Assembly: GCF_002571385.2 (NCBI RefSeq)
Contig: NW_019218190.1
Location: forward strand, 1 to 64,000
DNA: 64,000 nt
Origin: Stylophora pistillata
Lineage: Eukaryota
Direction of reading: 5' to 3'
The notes under the pieces were generated by a model. The model did not search any database. It saw only the letters and a list, made by a program, of their open reading frames with translations, and was not told the DNA's origin. Of the stretch, positions 46,459 through 61,100 are shown in pieces. Positions within the stretch are counted from its first letter, which is position 1, and the number at the start of each line of letters is the position of its first letter. The translations under genes were made by a program, and so were the position numbers.

Positions 46459-48841
46459 TTATCCCGTCCTTAGAATCAAGTGAATACCAGAGTCAGTGAA
46501 AACCGGTTCACTCAATTCATTGATTTTCAAGGCAAACCTGCGAAAAAAAAAAAAGGAAAGACTCATTGTAACAGGGAGAGATTTAAGTGTGACAGCCATT
46601 TACTGAAACTAGCTTGTGTGAATGAGGTGCTATTCAAAGGGAGCAGTTATCTGAAAACTGGGGTTTTGAAAATTTTGAAACTATTGAGAATAAACCAGAT
46701 TTGGCAACTTAGAAGGCTTGGAAAATCTTGCATCTGGGATCTTCGGATTTCACCTAAGGCCTTCTGAAATAATGGAGAAAGTGTACACTATCCGTCTCAC
46801 GGAGATTACTCTAGTGCAGTTGTACCATTTTGAATTTGAGCATATTTTTGATGAACTACATATACATAAAGCAATAGTGGATATTTTGGGAGGAATCTAT
46901 GTGCACACCACGGTTTACATAACTTCTGCCAACAACCAAGTGTTTAAATGAAGCTACATAAACAAGGAGAAAGTCTGACAATATTGCTTAAAACCTGGAA
47001 TAACAAAGAAATACCACCTCTTGGTGAGAGAAGAAGAGAAGAGAAAATAATTGATAGTTTCATTCCTGATCAGTAATGCTTATCTCTCTCTGGGAAGTTT
47101 GAAAAACAAACTTGTGCTTATTAAAGGAGTGAGAAATTACTCACGTTGCTTCCTCGAATGGTTCTAAAAGGAAAGAAACAAACCCACCTTACAATAATGA
47201 ACAAAATCAACAAATAAAAAAATTCTAAATATGCTTTTAATCACTTGCAGGCAGGCTCTCAGTTGTCTAGAGGGCTATACCACAGGTATCGTGAGACAAT
47301 AATGGGGATAAATCCTGTTCCCACTCAATAAATGTACACTGCGTTTCCTCAAATAAGTGCCCACGCTGTAACAAGTTCCCATGCCCTAACAAGTGCTCAG
47401 CACCTAAACCATTCTGTCAAATAAGCACCTCCCCCCCTCCTCTGTATTTTGGAATGCTTTATTTCAATCACTACTGCGTAAATGTTTCAAACCATGATCA
47501 TCATTTTCCCAGCACAGTCATCATTTCATAGTTCAAATACATGAGAATTATAGCAAATTCTTTGTGATGATGTTTTTGTTCAACCATGTCAAGTCTCAAC
47601 ATTTTCATCAAGCAGAAAACATAACTTGTAAGGGAGAAAAATACTTACTTTGCATTTGTCCTGGTCCAAAAAATCCCAAATCGCCTTGTTTTTTTGCACT
47701 GCTACAATCACTCTCTGTGCTTGCCAGTTCCTGAAGGCTAGTTTCTCCTGACTCAATCTGTTTGCGATAATCTTTAAGATACAGTAAGTAACAGTTACTA
47801 TGAAAAAGTGAACTTGCCCCCAAAAAAGGAAACTAGCATCTTGGTAAGAGTACAAAATCATATTGATGCTGCCAATAACAACAATTATCCATAGCTTTCC
47901 TATTTTTGATTCTCTCTTTGGGATGGGGGGATGGCGTATTTAAAGTTTTGATTCAACAATGGTGATCTTTGCCCCTAATGAATTTAACAGGGCTGATTGC
48001 AGCAAAGGTGATTCTTGTCAACAACTATGGTTGTTGTACGCGAGTATTAGACCCTGCTTTGTTGAAAGCACCTGTTCAAACTTCATGAAAGTGACAACAG
48101 TTGAGAATAGAAGAGTTTTGTCACGAGATTGCAAAAACCACAAACTTTTATGAAAGGAAAAGGGCAAATTGTTATCCGATCTGCTAAAGATACAGTGCTC
48201 TTTCTTCCAATGATTGAAAAGTTGACTCCAAGATCACAAATTCACTGGATAATAAAAGCATTTAAATGAAGGCCAGGAACAGAGTTTGTAATTAATGTTC
48301 TCTTGTTTATTCCAGGGATCTTTTTCTTTGTTTTAGCAATTAAATGCATCTCAATTTAGTGCTCGCGTATCGTTTTTTATGATTAAAATGTAACTTCTTA
48401 AAGGAAGCTTGATTGAAATACCTTCCTTCAATTTTATTTGTTAATTACCATCACTGTTTTCCATGAAGTTTCTCGTTATTTGCCAACTGGGCGGGGTGGG
48501 GTGGGGAATGGGCGATGGCAACGCCAAAAAAAATTAGCCTGAGAAAACTTTGTTTGAGGCAAGCAATGACAGTGTCACGACCACTTTGAAGTGGGGACAG
48601 CGGTTTATTTTATGATACCTTTAATAATTTCTAAAGCTTCGTCTTTAGAGCGCGTTATCCTGTCTTGCTTCCAAGAAGATGGCCTTCTGGACTCGGTGTG
48701 TTTGACAAGAAGGTGTGAAGCGCGAACTTGATTATTCGCTGGCTTCTCCCATTGACTCTCATTTGTTCGTCTGTTGAAGTAGTATGTCCTTCCGGTAGAT
48801 TTAGATATTCTCTCTTCCCATCCAGAAGGTAAATCGCTCAT
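46459..48841 (-). CDS. PIN1: Peptidyl-prolyl cis-trans isomerase NIMA-interacting 1 (WW + parvulin), 147 aa
   Basis: Exons 48619-48841, 47649-47771, 47145-47163 (19 nt), 46459-46537. LPSGWE..S.STGR.YYFN....[47 protein letters not shown]...ELS.PV.TDSG.H.I.RT. Confidence 0.96.
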
Positions 48842-49116
48842 TTTAGAAGCTAAAATGGACTCCTTTGGCTCTGTCCAACGGTCTTCGTTCCCAAACCTTT
48901 CGCTTAGTAACCGAGCTAAAAGCTAAAACGCATGTTGGTTTCAGTACATCCGCTGAGAAACCTGACATTACTGGCCCAGAATGTTTGTAATGGCGACGAT
49001 TTTTGGCGAAATTGGTGTGTGCTGAAGAAATCTCTACAGGGTAGATGTGGAGAGTAGGTTTAAAATTTTAGAGAATCAACATAGCATACAGATATAACTG
49101 CTACTCGAGACCTACA

Positions 49117-52100
49117 ATGCCGGTAACATCCAGTAACCTTATCATTGTAAGTATTCTGAACCTTTTGTCCTAATATGAAGAGGTGCATGCTGCACAAATA
49201 CTCCATGTAACACGTTACTTTTTTTAATTAAAAGAGAGGATGCTCATCGAAAATCAGAGTTCGTAAACTTCTCTGCCAAACTTTATAGGCCTGAACTGGA
49301 GTTTTGGAGAATATTTTCTTGTTACTTTACATTTTTTTCCTGCTAAATAAATAAATTCGTCTTTATTTAAAAACCATCCGATAAAATTACATATCTGATG
49401 TTACAGTAAAAATATATACTGATGGGAAAAATTACAATAATTAAATCGAATAAAAATGATTAAAAATGATTAGAAATACATATGGGGTGTTTACACAGCT
49501 AGACTATATTTAAAAATTAATCTGTTAAAAAAGCTATTTTTAAAACGTTCAGTGTTAATGCTGGGCCTGACAATGGATTTCCTTCGAATGTTTACAATAT
49601 AGTCTTTGTACCTTGGGAGTAGGCTTTTTAATGGATGGTCATCATTTTTGAGGTTATAAAATAGGCGTCTGTCACTTTTCTCCAAAAGTTCGTATATGTT
49701 GTAATTGACCGATGTATAGCGCCTCTTATAGCATCTTTTTAAAAACCTTTGTATAACATTAAGTTTGGAAATACTTGCAGCATTTCATCATGAAAACTAG
49801 CTAGAACATTTCATGATGAGAACTAGCTATAGGTGGTTTGCATGTTACATCATCGCCTCCATGTTGGTGGATGTAAACAATAGATATCTCATTAGCTTCT
49901 TTTGTTCATCCACCAGCATTTATTCCTTTCACCATTGTTACCTGTGTCTCTAGAGATTGATTGCAAACCACCTACAGCTCAGTGAGAAAGATGATCGCGG
50001 GGAAAACTTTGACATTAGGCTTCGATTTCTCTATCTAAAGATTTTCATGGTAATTTGAGTACAAACCTCTCCATGGAACATTGAAATTAGTGTTCAGGAC
50101 TTAATTTTTTTGAAAAGTTACATTTTTCCCCCTTGACAAAAAAATTAATTTGGAATTTCTGGGATAGTTTTTGACAGTTTCCGAAAATTACGCTTCAGGA
50201 AGAAGAGGACCTGCCCTATGAGGAGGAAATCATTCGAAGTCCCTATTCTGTAAAATTCTGGATCAGATACATAGAGCATAAGGCCAAAAAAGGCTCCAAC
50301 ACAGCACTGAATCTGCTTTATGAGCGAGCTCTTAAGGAGCTTCCTGGAAGGTATGGTTTAGCTTGTGCATATGTCCCATTTCTTGTTAAATTTAATGCAA
50401 ACAAAAATTTACAGTGGGTGCCCTCTGAACAGATGCTCATGAGATGTGAAAAGGGTGTGTTAGTAGAACTTTTAAACAAGTCAATATAATTTTTAATGAA
50501 TATTAAAGTTTTGCTTTGATTATTTTAGCTACAAGATCTGGTATCTGTATTTGAAAGAAAGAAGAAGACAAGTGAGGGGAAGGTTAGTAGGAATCATTAT
50601 TTGTTTTTATTATTTTTGATAAAGTAATGGCCAAAGAGGAATTGTTCCCAAGGTGTCAAACATGGTTTGTTCAAATTCATACCCAGGGTTGTCACTAAGT
50701 GCTGGCTGCCACCTGGCTGGCAGCCAAAAATCGGTTCTGTCCTGGTGTACCGGTTCACAAGGGAATTATCATGATTGTCCTTTCATTGTTTAGGAGTCAT
50801 TGGTTAGCTGTTGTGTATTGTTTGGTCTTTTGTAACGGCTCTTGTGAACCAGTACACGAGGACAGAACCCAAAAATCCAGCCGGTGATCCCTTGGTAAAG
50901 CACAACAGGCACTTCCAAAGTCACACTCTTACAATCATTTGCCACCTTTGAGCCGCCTCATTTGAAATTTCTGCTGGCAGTGTAATTTCTTAGCTAGAAC
51001 CTTGGATCTCAAGGGGAAAGTGGAAAAAAATCCTGTTGAACTATGTTGAATAAATTGTTCAATTTGAACATATTCGAAATGTCTGTGCAAAGTAAAAGCT
51101 TAAAACTTTTATTTTCTGAATTTCTACTTAGACCTATCACAGATCCTGTTTATGAAGACATAAACAATGCATTTGAAAGATCTCTTGTCTTCATGCATAA
51201 GGTGTGGTAAGCTTCCCCTTGGTAAGCTCCGTCTTATGTAACTCTACCAAGAAATGTAGAGAGGTCAACTTGCATGATTTGAAATTCAATGCTGAAAACA
51301 AACCTCAGAACAAAGCTTTGGAAAATGAACTGTGGTGATGTCCAGGATTTCAAAAGTTGATTTCAAAATATCAATTTTTTTTTTATTTAGAGATGTTAGC
51401 ATTCCCAACTCCTTTTATGCTCTAATGTGGCTTGTTAATGCTGGGATATTTCAAATTTTATTAAAAATAAGTCTGTTGACAGTTGAGTACTTATTGATAA
51501 ATACACCATTGATAGATGCCAAGGATCTGGATAGACTACTGTCAGTTTTTAGTGGATCAGTGTAAAGTGACAAGAACAAGGCACACATTTGACAGAGCAT
51601 TGAGGGCACTGCCAATAACGCAGCACCGTCGCATCTGGCCTTTATACCTTAAGTTTGTTCGCAAGTACCACATTCCGGAAACTGCAGTCAGAGTCTACCG
51701 AAGATACCTGAAGGTTAATTAATTAATTAATTAATTAATTAATTATTAGTTCATGCAACTTGTTTTATCTAATTATGTGATTTTCACTGCCAGTCAGAAT
51801 GTTAATGCTCACTATGCAGCAGAGAGAAAATTTAAATCTGTTGTTATAAATAGAAAGCATTTTGTTTTGTCAAAGCTTATTTGAAAAGATCACTGTGGAA
51901 ATTTTCACTACAAGTTGGATAATACAATAAAATTGTTTTAAATCTTCTATACATGTATTTGTTTACCTCAAAATAAGAGATACATTTGAATCTTTGATGA
52001 AACTTTGCAGCTTGTGGTCCCTGGAGTGTTACATGTATGTTTAATCTTGTTTGTAATACAATGGACAAGAATAGCCACCCAGTGGATGTCCATTGTTAAA

Positions 52101-55100
52101 TCATTTATTCATTATTATTCATTTATTCATTTATTATGAGGTTGTGAAAGACAGTCTAAAATTAAGTGAAGAGGAAATATATTTCATGAAATTTTGTTTA
52201 AAATAGTTGGAGCCAGAAAACACAGAAGATTACATTGATTATTTGAAGTCTGTTGGATGGCTGGATGAAGCAGCAACACGGCTTGCTTTCATTGTTAACA
52301 AGGTATCTGTTACAGTGACCAACTCTGTTAGGTTACAACACGAATCAAAACAATGCAACTCAACTACACAGTCCTATTAATACTCATCTCATTTGGTTTT
52401 ATTAACTGAGTTTGAAAATGAATTAGGCCACTGTAAAAGTTTTTGAAGCTGCTGTTTTAAGTGTCAACCCTTTGTTTTACTCTGACAAAGAGCTAATGCT
52501 TGAAAACTCAGTTCANNNNNNNNNNNNNNNNNNNNNNNNNNNNNNNNNNNNNNNNNNNNNNNNNNNNNNNNNNNNNNNNNNNNNNNNNNNNNNNNNNNNN
52601 NNNNNNNNNNNNNNNCAAGTTGGATAATACAATAAAATTGTTTTAAATCTTCTATACATGTATTTTTTTACCTCAAAATAAGAGATACATTTGAATCTTT
52701 GATGAAACTTTGCAGCTTATGGTCCCTGGAGTGTTACATGCATGTTTAATCTTGTTTGTAATACAATTAATTAGTTCATGCAACTTGTTTTATCTAATTA
52801 TGTGATTTTCACTGCCAGTCAGAATGTTAATGCTCACTATGCAGCAGAGAGAAAATTTAAATCTGTTGTTATAAATAGAAAGCATTTTGTTTTGTCAAAG
52901 CTTATTTGAAAAGATCACTGTGGAAATTTTCACTTCAAGTTGGATAATACAATAAAATTGTTTTAAATCTTCTATACATGTATTTGTTTACCTCAAAATA
53001 AGAGATACATTTGAATCTTTGATGAAACTTTGCAGCTTGTGGTCCCTGGAGTGTTACATGTATGTTTAATCTTGTTTGTAATACAATGGACAAGAATAGC
53101 CACCCAGTGGATGTCCATTGTTAAATCATTTATTCATTATTATTCATTTATTCATTTATTATGAGGTTGTGAAAGACAGTCTAAAATTAAGTGAAGAGGA
53201 AATATATTTCATGAAATTTTGTTTAAAATAGTTGGAGCCAGAAAACACAGAAGATTACATTGATTATTTGAAGTCTGTTGGATGGCTGGATGAAGCAGCA
53301 ACACGGCTTGCTTTCATTGTTAACAAGGTATCTGTTACAGTGACCAACTCTGTTAGGTTACAACACGAATCAAAACAATGCAACTCAACTACACAGTCCT
53401 ATTAATACTCATCTCATTTGGTTTTATTAACTGAGTTTGAAAATGAATTAGGCCACTGTAAAAGTTTTTGAAGCTGCTGTTTTAAGTGTCAACCCTTTGT
53501 TTTACTCTGACAAAGAGCTAATGCTTGAAAACTCAGCTTTAATAACTCTATACAGTGGCCTTTTACCATTATCAGCTCAGTTGTTTAAACCAAATTATCT
53601 TGTAATACCTCCTACTGATGCAGAACCATAGTTTATTTAGAAACTTAATATGTCCTTTATTTTATTATTTCTTTCTAATATTTGTTTTATAATTTTATCT
53701 GACTGTGTTCTCAGGAGAAATTTGTGTCCAAGGAAGGAAAATCAAACCACAAGGTAACTTACATCATTCAGCAAGTTTCCCTTGACAAACTCACCACTGT
53801 CACCACAGTAACTTGAATTAACCAATCAAAATAATAATAAAAAAAAGATTCCAACAAAATTCAGTTTTGCCAATCAGCACTTGGAAGTAAAGTACACATA
53901 GAGTACAAAGACTTACGATGGAATTAATTTTGTGGCATGTTTCCTGTAATGAGATTACAGGAAACATGCCACGACAACAAGCTAGGGGAAAATTTCATAA
54001 ACAGCATTTGTTTTAATTCTCAATTGCAATAGTTCTCAGAGATTTCCCTTTCTTTTTCAGCTCTGGCAAGAACTTTGCGACCTTATTTCCAAGAACCCTG
54101 ATAAGGTAAGGGAATTTTATCAGCCAGATTTGAGAGTAATTTCCCATGAATGACCTGAGTAGGCTTTTCTCTTAAACACTTGGATGGATTTCTATTTTGG
54201 CCGTAGATAAAGAGTCTCAAAGTTACTGACATTATTCGTGGAGGTTTGCGCCGATTTTCTGACAGCTTGGGACAGCTTTGGAATTCACTGGCTGACTTTT
54301 TTATCAGAAGTGGACACTTTGAAAAGGTTAAGCATCCTTTTGTTGTTTTCCTTTTTTCAAAATGTGCATTGCTCCATGTCATGACATTATTTTATGATAT
54401 TATAACGAGTACAAGAAAACAAATAATTATGATAAAATAATTTGTATATATCACGTGCACCTCCGCCAATGTAATCTATTGCATAACTTGCACTTATTGC
54501 AAAAAGATATACATCGGCGAAACAGGCAGAAGACTAGGTGACCGATTCCGAGAACACCTTCAAGACGTGGAAAAGAATGACAAGGACACATCGAAACCAG
54601 TCGCTAGACATTTTAATTTACCTAATCATTCTAAGCAACATATGGCAATCTGCGGTCTTTCCTTACACTTGGGTAGCACGGAAAGCCGTAAAACTCTTGA
54701 ACAAAAGCTCATCTTTCAAACCGGCAGTCTAAATCCCACAGGGATCAACGAACGCTTTTCATTCCACTAATTTATTCGTGTTTTTCTCGTTGCCATGTTC
54801 CCACCAATAACGTAGTTCCATTTTCTGCCTTTAAAAGCACACAAAACCCACAATTCCTCTATTCGCTCCGACGAAGGGCTAACGCTCGAAACGTCAGCTT
54901 TTGTAATCGTTACGCTGGCCAATTTACCATTTCAACTTTGTTGATATATCTAAATTATTGTGATAAAATAAGTTTAAAAATTGTAAACTAACAATAAAAT
55001 TTAGATTATAAAATGAATTGTTACATGATTTATTTACAATTACTGAGTGTACAGTTCCTTTTGAAGGAATCTTATCCATGTGTAGCCCAAAGGTATCGTA

Positions 55101-58100
55101 TGAGGGCACAGAATTAAAAGTAAGTCTTTTGTAAAGCACTCCCTTTGACGATGTAATTTGGGCCTCTTTTTCAGGCCCGAGATGTTTATGAAGAGGCTAT
55201 TCAAACAGTTATGACTGTGCGAGACTTTGGACAGGTACTGCACATTATTTTAACTTGTTCATTTCTGTATGAAGTAATACTGCTTAGTACTTGTTTACTA
55301 CTTCATAGGTTGTTGAAGGCATTTAGGTTCATGTGCAAAGTAACAAAGCAAAATTTTTTACTCTTACCTATTTTTACTCGTATGAATCAGCATGAACTAG
55401 TTTTTGGCTCAGTTCTAGCTTGTTTTAATTAGATTGTCAATTTTGAATAGTTTATTTAGCATACGTGTGGGGAAAAAGGAACTTGAAGGGCTGCTTATCT
55501 CCTATTTTCACTGTTCCAGACAGGAAATTCTTGTATTTGCTTAAGATAGTGACTTGTATTGTTGACTGACTTTTGATGTTCCAGTCTTCATCTACAACTT
55601 GTAAATATTTGTAGAAATTTTTGGTGAGAATACTCATAAAGATGCTTTTGATCTAATGCCGTTAGGTGGTCTGATGACCTAAAAAAATTGACTTTCAATT
55701 GTTTTACTAATTGACATATACACGTCATTTAGGTATTTGATGCCTATGCACAGTTTGAAGAAAGTATGATCAGTGCTAAGATGGAAACAACAGCAGAGAT
55801 GGGTCCTAATGAAGAAGGTACAATGACATTTATCATGCAATTCAACCAAAAGAAGCATTTGATGAGCTCTTTCATTAGTTAGAAACTTCATAAACTCAGA
55901 TCTCCAATAATGATTCCAAAGTGATACCCAATATACTCTACACTTGACCCTTGCAGTGTGCCCAGTGTGCCCATGTGCTTGTGGGTGTTATTAGGTGGCT
56001 CTTAACACCCTATTAATCCCCTTGTACAAGTTAATTTTGACAAGCATTATACATCAGGCTTCTTTCAATCTGGGTACCTCATTATGATGCAGTTAAATGT
56101 AATTTAATAGAGTTAACAACAAAGAACATCAACGTTCTCTAGTATTCAACAGTTTTTGCATATGTGCATAAGTGCTCTTCATTTGTGGCATTTATGCGAG
56201 GAGTGGCAGCTCGTCATCCAGGCAGAAATTGTTACTTAGTAGGGTATTTGACATGACTTGTCACAGCAAAATTAATGTAATTGACAGTAACTTATACCTG
56301 TAGTTAATACCTGCTAGTTGAATTTTACCTCATGGCTCCCTTATATTTATAATTAGATGATATTGACTTGGAGCTTAGAATGGCAAGATTTGAACATTTA
56401 ATGGACAGAAGGCCTCTCTTACTGAGCAGGTATGTGATAATGAGCGGGTATGTGATAAAGGTAACCTTGAATGAGCACAAACATGCATTCTTGATAGTTA
56501 TAGAGAGGGACTAAGGCAACTTTGTCTGAAAGTTCCTTGCTGGGTGTTTTAACTGCGCTTTTGATTAAAAAATATCTTTTTGATTATCCTCCCTGATCCA
56601 TTGGTCTTCCCCTTCACTGAGTATCACATACATTGTTTCTCTCCCAATTTGGGTTTCAATGCTCTATCTTTGAGCAAGATATGAAATGGCTTGGTTTGCT
56701 ATCAATGCTAGAGAAACTTCCCTGACGAAGAACATGGACTTTGTTATGTTCCAACGCTGTGACACTTTTCCAAACCCCCTCGCACATGACATTTGCTTGC
56801 AATGGTAAAACGCACGAATTGATATCAAATTAGTGATAGGGATGTAGTTTCTTTGCTTATATTTTTGAGTATTTTCCTTTTTTTTCCTAGTGTCCTTTTA
56901 CGTCAAAACCCTCACAATGTCCATGAGTGGCACAAAAGAGTTAAACTGTACGAGGGAAAACCCAAAGAGATCATCAACACGTACACAGAGGCCGTACAGA
57001 CAGTTGAGCCAAAGCTCGCATCTGGCAAACCCCACACCCTGTGGGTAGAGTTTGCTAAGTTCTACGAGCAGCATGGTCAGCTGGCTGAGGCGCGAGTTAT
57101 ATTTGACAAAGCTACTAAAGTGAATTACCGCAAAGTGGATGATTTGGCGAGTGTGTGGTGTGAATTTAGTGAGATGGAAATCAGACATGAGTAAGTATGG
57201 TCACATTCATCATTGAATAATTACGTTTTAGATAGGATTATCAAAATCCTTACAACTCGGACCAGTTACAAACAAATTAGCATTAATTCTTTTTTAAAGT
57301 AGAAATCCCAATTTTTCTTTTTGCCGACAGCCTTTGGATAAACCATGAAATTCGTAGGCTTAATGTTTTGTTGCTATCTTAACGCCATAAATTATTGAAG
57401 GGCTCAAATTTCGTGGACTTCTTTCACGAAAAAAGGTGAATCTCCCTTACCGAAAAAAACCGTTGGGTGCGTAAGAAAATGGAACATCCTCCCTCCTTGT
57501 ACTTTGTGTAAAACTGCGTTTAACTTAGAGGGGACTTGAAACTTTGTTTCGGTGACGTACAAATACACAAAAGAGGGAATGGTATACCAAGATGGTAGAA
57601 GGATGGTTGAGGATGGAGTAGAACACTTCGGATTGTAAATAACGATACTGAAAAATTTTGGTTCGATTTTTGAAAATACAACAACCCTAGAGTAGCGATT
57701 TTAATTAATTTTTGTGTTATTTGCCAGAGTTCATCCTTGCTCTATTTTTTTAATGTATTCGTTTGAAAGCCTCTTCTTGCCACAGTTAGTGAGCACTGTC
57801 CATTTTTTAGTTTTAGACCAACACGTTTTTTCTCTTGTAGAAATTATCAACAAGCCCTTAATCTGATGAGACGAGCCACAGCTATGCCTTCAACCAAAAC
57901 TGATTACTATGATGAGGTGGGTTTGGCAAGTCTGAGTATAATGTGTCGGTAAAACTATTAATAAAAACGTATTTATTATTTCTCTATTTGTTTTTTTACC
58001 AGAGTGAAACTGTTCAAAAACGAGTTTACAAGTCGCTGAAGTTGTGGTCCATGTATGCCGACTTGGAGGAGAGCCTGGGCACATTTCAGGTGACCATGGC

Positions 58101-61100
58101 AACATCTACTTTCTGTCAATCTTGTTAAATAACGTTGTAAAGCGTGATTCGTACGTGCGACAAAAATGCAAACGCACGTGCAACTGCTAATACAAACGAC
58201 GAATGTCAGGGGTTCGGTTCCTTATGGGCGAGTGAGATTCATCACCAAATAAAATATTTCTTTGTTCGACAACCGAGCTTAAGATTTATCAACTTTCTTC
58301 CTCTAGTAATGAGGTGTTGTCATTCGTTTTAGGATGTGGATGTGCTTGTTTTCCTCACGCGATGAGATCTATTGGTCACGCGTTCGCTCATGAAACATTT
58401 TGGAGATTACGCTCCGCTGTGATTGATTGATTTATCCGTTCTACTGACTCATTCGGGGTTCGCTTTTTTAATCGATGGAAAAGCTGTTAGCAGTTCGAAA
58501 CTGTGATCAATTGGATTTGATTATCAACCTTTTATTCGTGTGAAGCTTACTTAAGATGTCTCAAGAGGTCTGTTTGATTGCTTATTTTAAGACGTATTTT
58601 TTGTACATGTTTTCAGTCCACCAAAGCTGTGTATAATCGCATTCTGGATCTGCGGATAGCAACTCCGCAGATTATCATAAACTTTGCTACGTTTCTGGAA
58701 GAACATCGCTACTTTGAAGAAGCTTTCAAGGTCAGTAAAACTCAACAGATTGGTTACATTTCTTTGCTGTGTCGTGCAAAGAGGTAAAAGAACTTAAACC
58801 GAACAAACAACTGTTATGAGAAGGCAGAACGGCTATCTAGCTAATAAGTTATGCAGTCATCTATTTTGAATCGGTGTTAACAATAAATTCTTACTCCTGG
58901 AGAGTAAGTTATTCTCTCAAATGTTTAATATAGGATCTATGAGTAGCTGTAGGAAGCTTTCTTGTAGGGGTAAGTTGTTACGCTGATTGATGATTTAGCG
59001 TATTCGTAATCCTTCAAGGTTCTCGGCCTTATCAAGCTTTAGTTTAGTGTTTTATTAAAGCAGTATTATAATCGAAGTACAAGTATCTGGTGAATAATAT
59101 TTGTGTAAATTTTGTGTTGTTAGGTCTATGAGCGTGGAGTGTCAATGTTCAAGTGGCCCAATGTGTTTGATATCTGGAATACCTACCTAACAAAGTTTAT
59201 TCAAAGATATGTAAGTTTCGTACCTTCAATCGGTTTATTCTGTTATTTTACGCTCCTTTGGGTTACTTTTCGTTGCCAAACTATTTTCAAGACCAGGCAT
59301 ATTAATTGACTTGAGTAATCGATCGATCCACCGTTTGATTTGATGAGTTGATTAGGTTTGGCTCAATTTATTTTCCATTTGCTCTCTACTCGTTTTTTCA
59401 ATATGTTTTGGTTTGTTGATTACTTGTTAACTGTTGCTCATTCATGTATTAATTTTTTTTGTCATTTTTCCAAGGGTGGCGCAAAACTCGAGCGTGCACG
59501 AGACCTCTTTGAGCAAGTCCTGGAGGGCTGTCCTGCCAAATTCGCTAAATGTAAGGCTAACAGAATTTATATCGTATTCCATTCCTTTTTAATTCTCTTT
59601 TAACGTTACCCACAAATCTCTACGTTATGAACATTTCCTTTGCAGCTTTCTATTTACTGTACGCTAAACTCGAAGAGGATCATGGTCTTGCCCGTCACGC
59701 TATGTCGATCTACGAGAGATCTACGAAAGCAGTGTTGCCGGAGGAGCAATTTGAGGTAGCACTAAAGAAGATGACTATTTTTTGTAATTAGAGTTGAAAT
59801 TTTGAAGAAAACCGGGTATTGTTTTCATCACAAATCGAGGTTTAGTACACTGATTTAGTTTGTTTAATTTTAGTTTTTCGTTTTTTATGATAAGTGTTAC
59901 TCCCAAATCATGTATCTATATAGAAGTCAGCTATTTCAAAACGTCATTACCCCGATTACTTAGGTTGCATCGGTTGAAAACAATAGAGTACTTGCAGCTT
60001 AGACCATTTCTTTTTGTACCACTACGATAATTTTTTTTTATGATGAATATTTACTCGAAGCTGCCAAACTTTTGCGATACAAACAACTTTTCAATTTTTT
60101 TAATGTTTTGTCATTGTAGATGTTCAACTTGTATATCAAGCAAGCTGCGGAGATTTTCGGTGTCACCCACACGCGTGAAATCTACGAGAAAGCCATTGAA
60201 GTGCTACCCGACGAACAAGCAAGGTAGAATTAATTTTTTCAGATTTCACCTCAGCACATGATTTCCCTTGGAACCTTTAAAGACGCATCGACAAAGATGT
60301 AAAGTCACTCAAGTTTTTAGAGTCATATGTAAAACGCAAGCCATGGTTGACTTCTTAAATTTGTGTTGTCTCCATTTGTCACTTTGTTCAAATTTTAGTA
60401 ATCTTGTGAAAACACTGTTGTTTGTTTATGTGATGTGTTTCAGATTAATACCCATTTTTGTTCATTCTACATTTCTTTTGTTTGCCAAGTCAAGTTAACG
60501 TTGAGGTTTTGTTTAGGAACCTATTAGATTGCCTAGTATGTGCGTAGGACTTGTGCGGAGTCCAGCGTATTCCCATTGAAGCGAGTGATCTAGAACCCCT
60601 TCTTAACCTTTTAGTTGATTTTGGCTTTTAAATTTTTCAGGGAGATGTGTATCAGATTTGCTGACCTTGAGCGCAAACTGGGAGAAATTGACCGAGCCAG
60701 AGCTATTTACATGCACTCTTCGCAAATGGCTGATCCAAGGGTTTGTTCTTGTTTTGTTTTATTGCTTTTTTTTTTCTAATCAAAGTTAAGAGTCAAAGAA
60801 GGATTTTCGTTTGTTTCCAGACCACTCCAACTTTCTGGAAAGTGTGGCATGACTTCGAGGTCCGACATGGAAACGAGGATACGTTCCGAGAAATGTTACG
60901 TATCAAGAGGAGCGTGCAGGCTCAGTTTAACACGCAGGTCAGTAGATTATCTTGAATGCCGTCATCCTTACTGTGTCGATGAATCCTTTTCCGAACAGGC
61001 GCTCTGTTAGAATGATTCCTAGACGATCTGAAATCGCTCACACGGAACTCAGTCGCATAACAACCAGTTGGGAAATGAGATATTTCTTAAGCCTCTCGGT

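Noticed and set aside
46480-46951. Plus-strand ORFs within the last PIN1 intron/exon
   Set aside because: They are short, with no recognisable domain or splice support.
51714-51745. (TTAA)n palindromic run at the XAB2 exon 5 donor, and a 3x16-bp repeat at 9205-9252
   Set aside because: These are ordinary simple repeats with no evidence of function.
52207-53327. Tandem duplicated or mutually exclusive XAB2 exon 6
   Set aside because: The copies and flanking introns are essentially identical and straddle a 100-N gap, so a scaffolding overlap is most likely.
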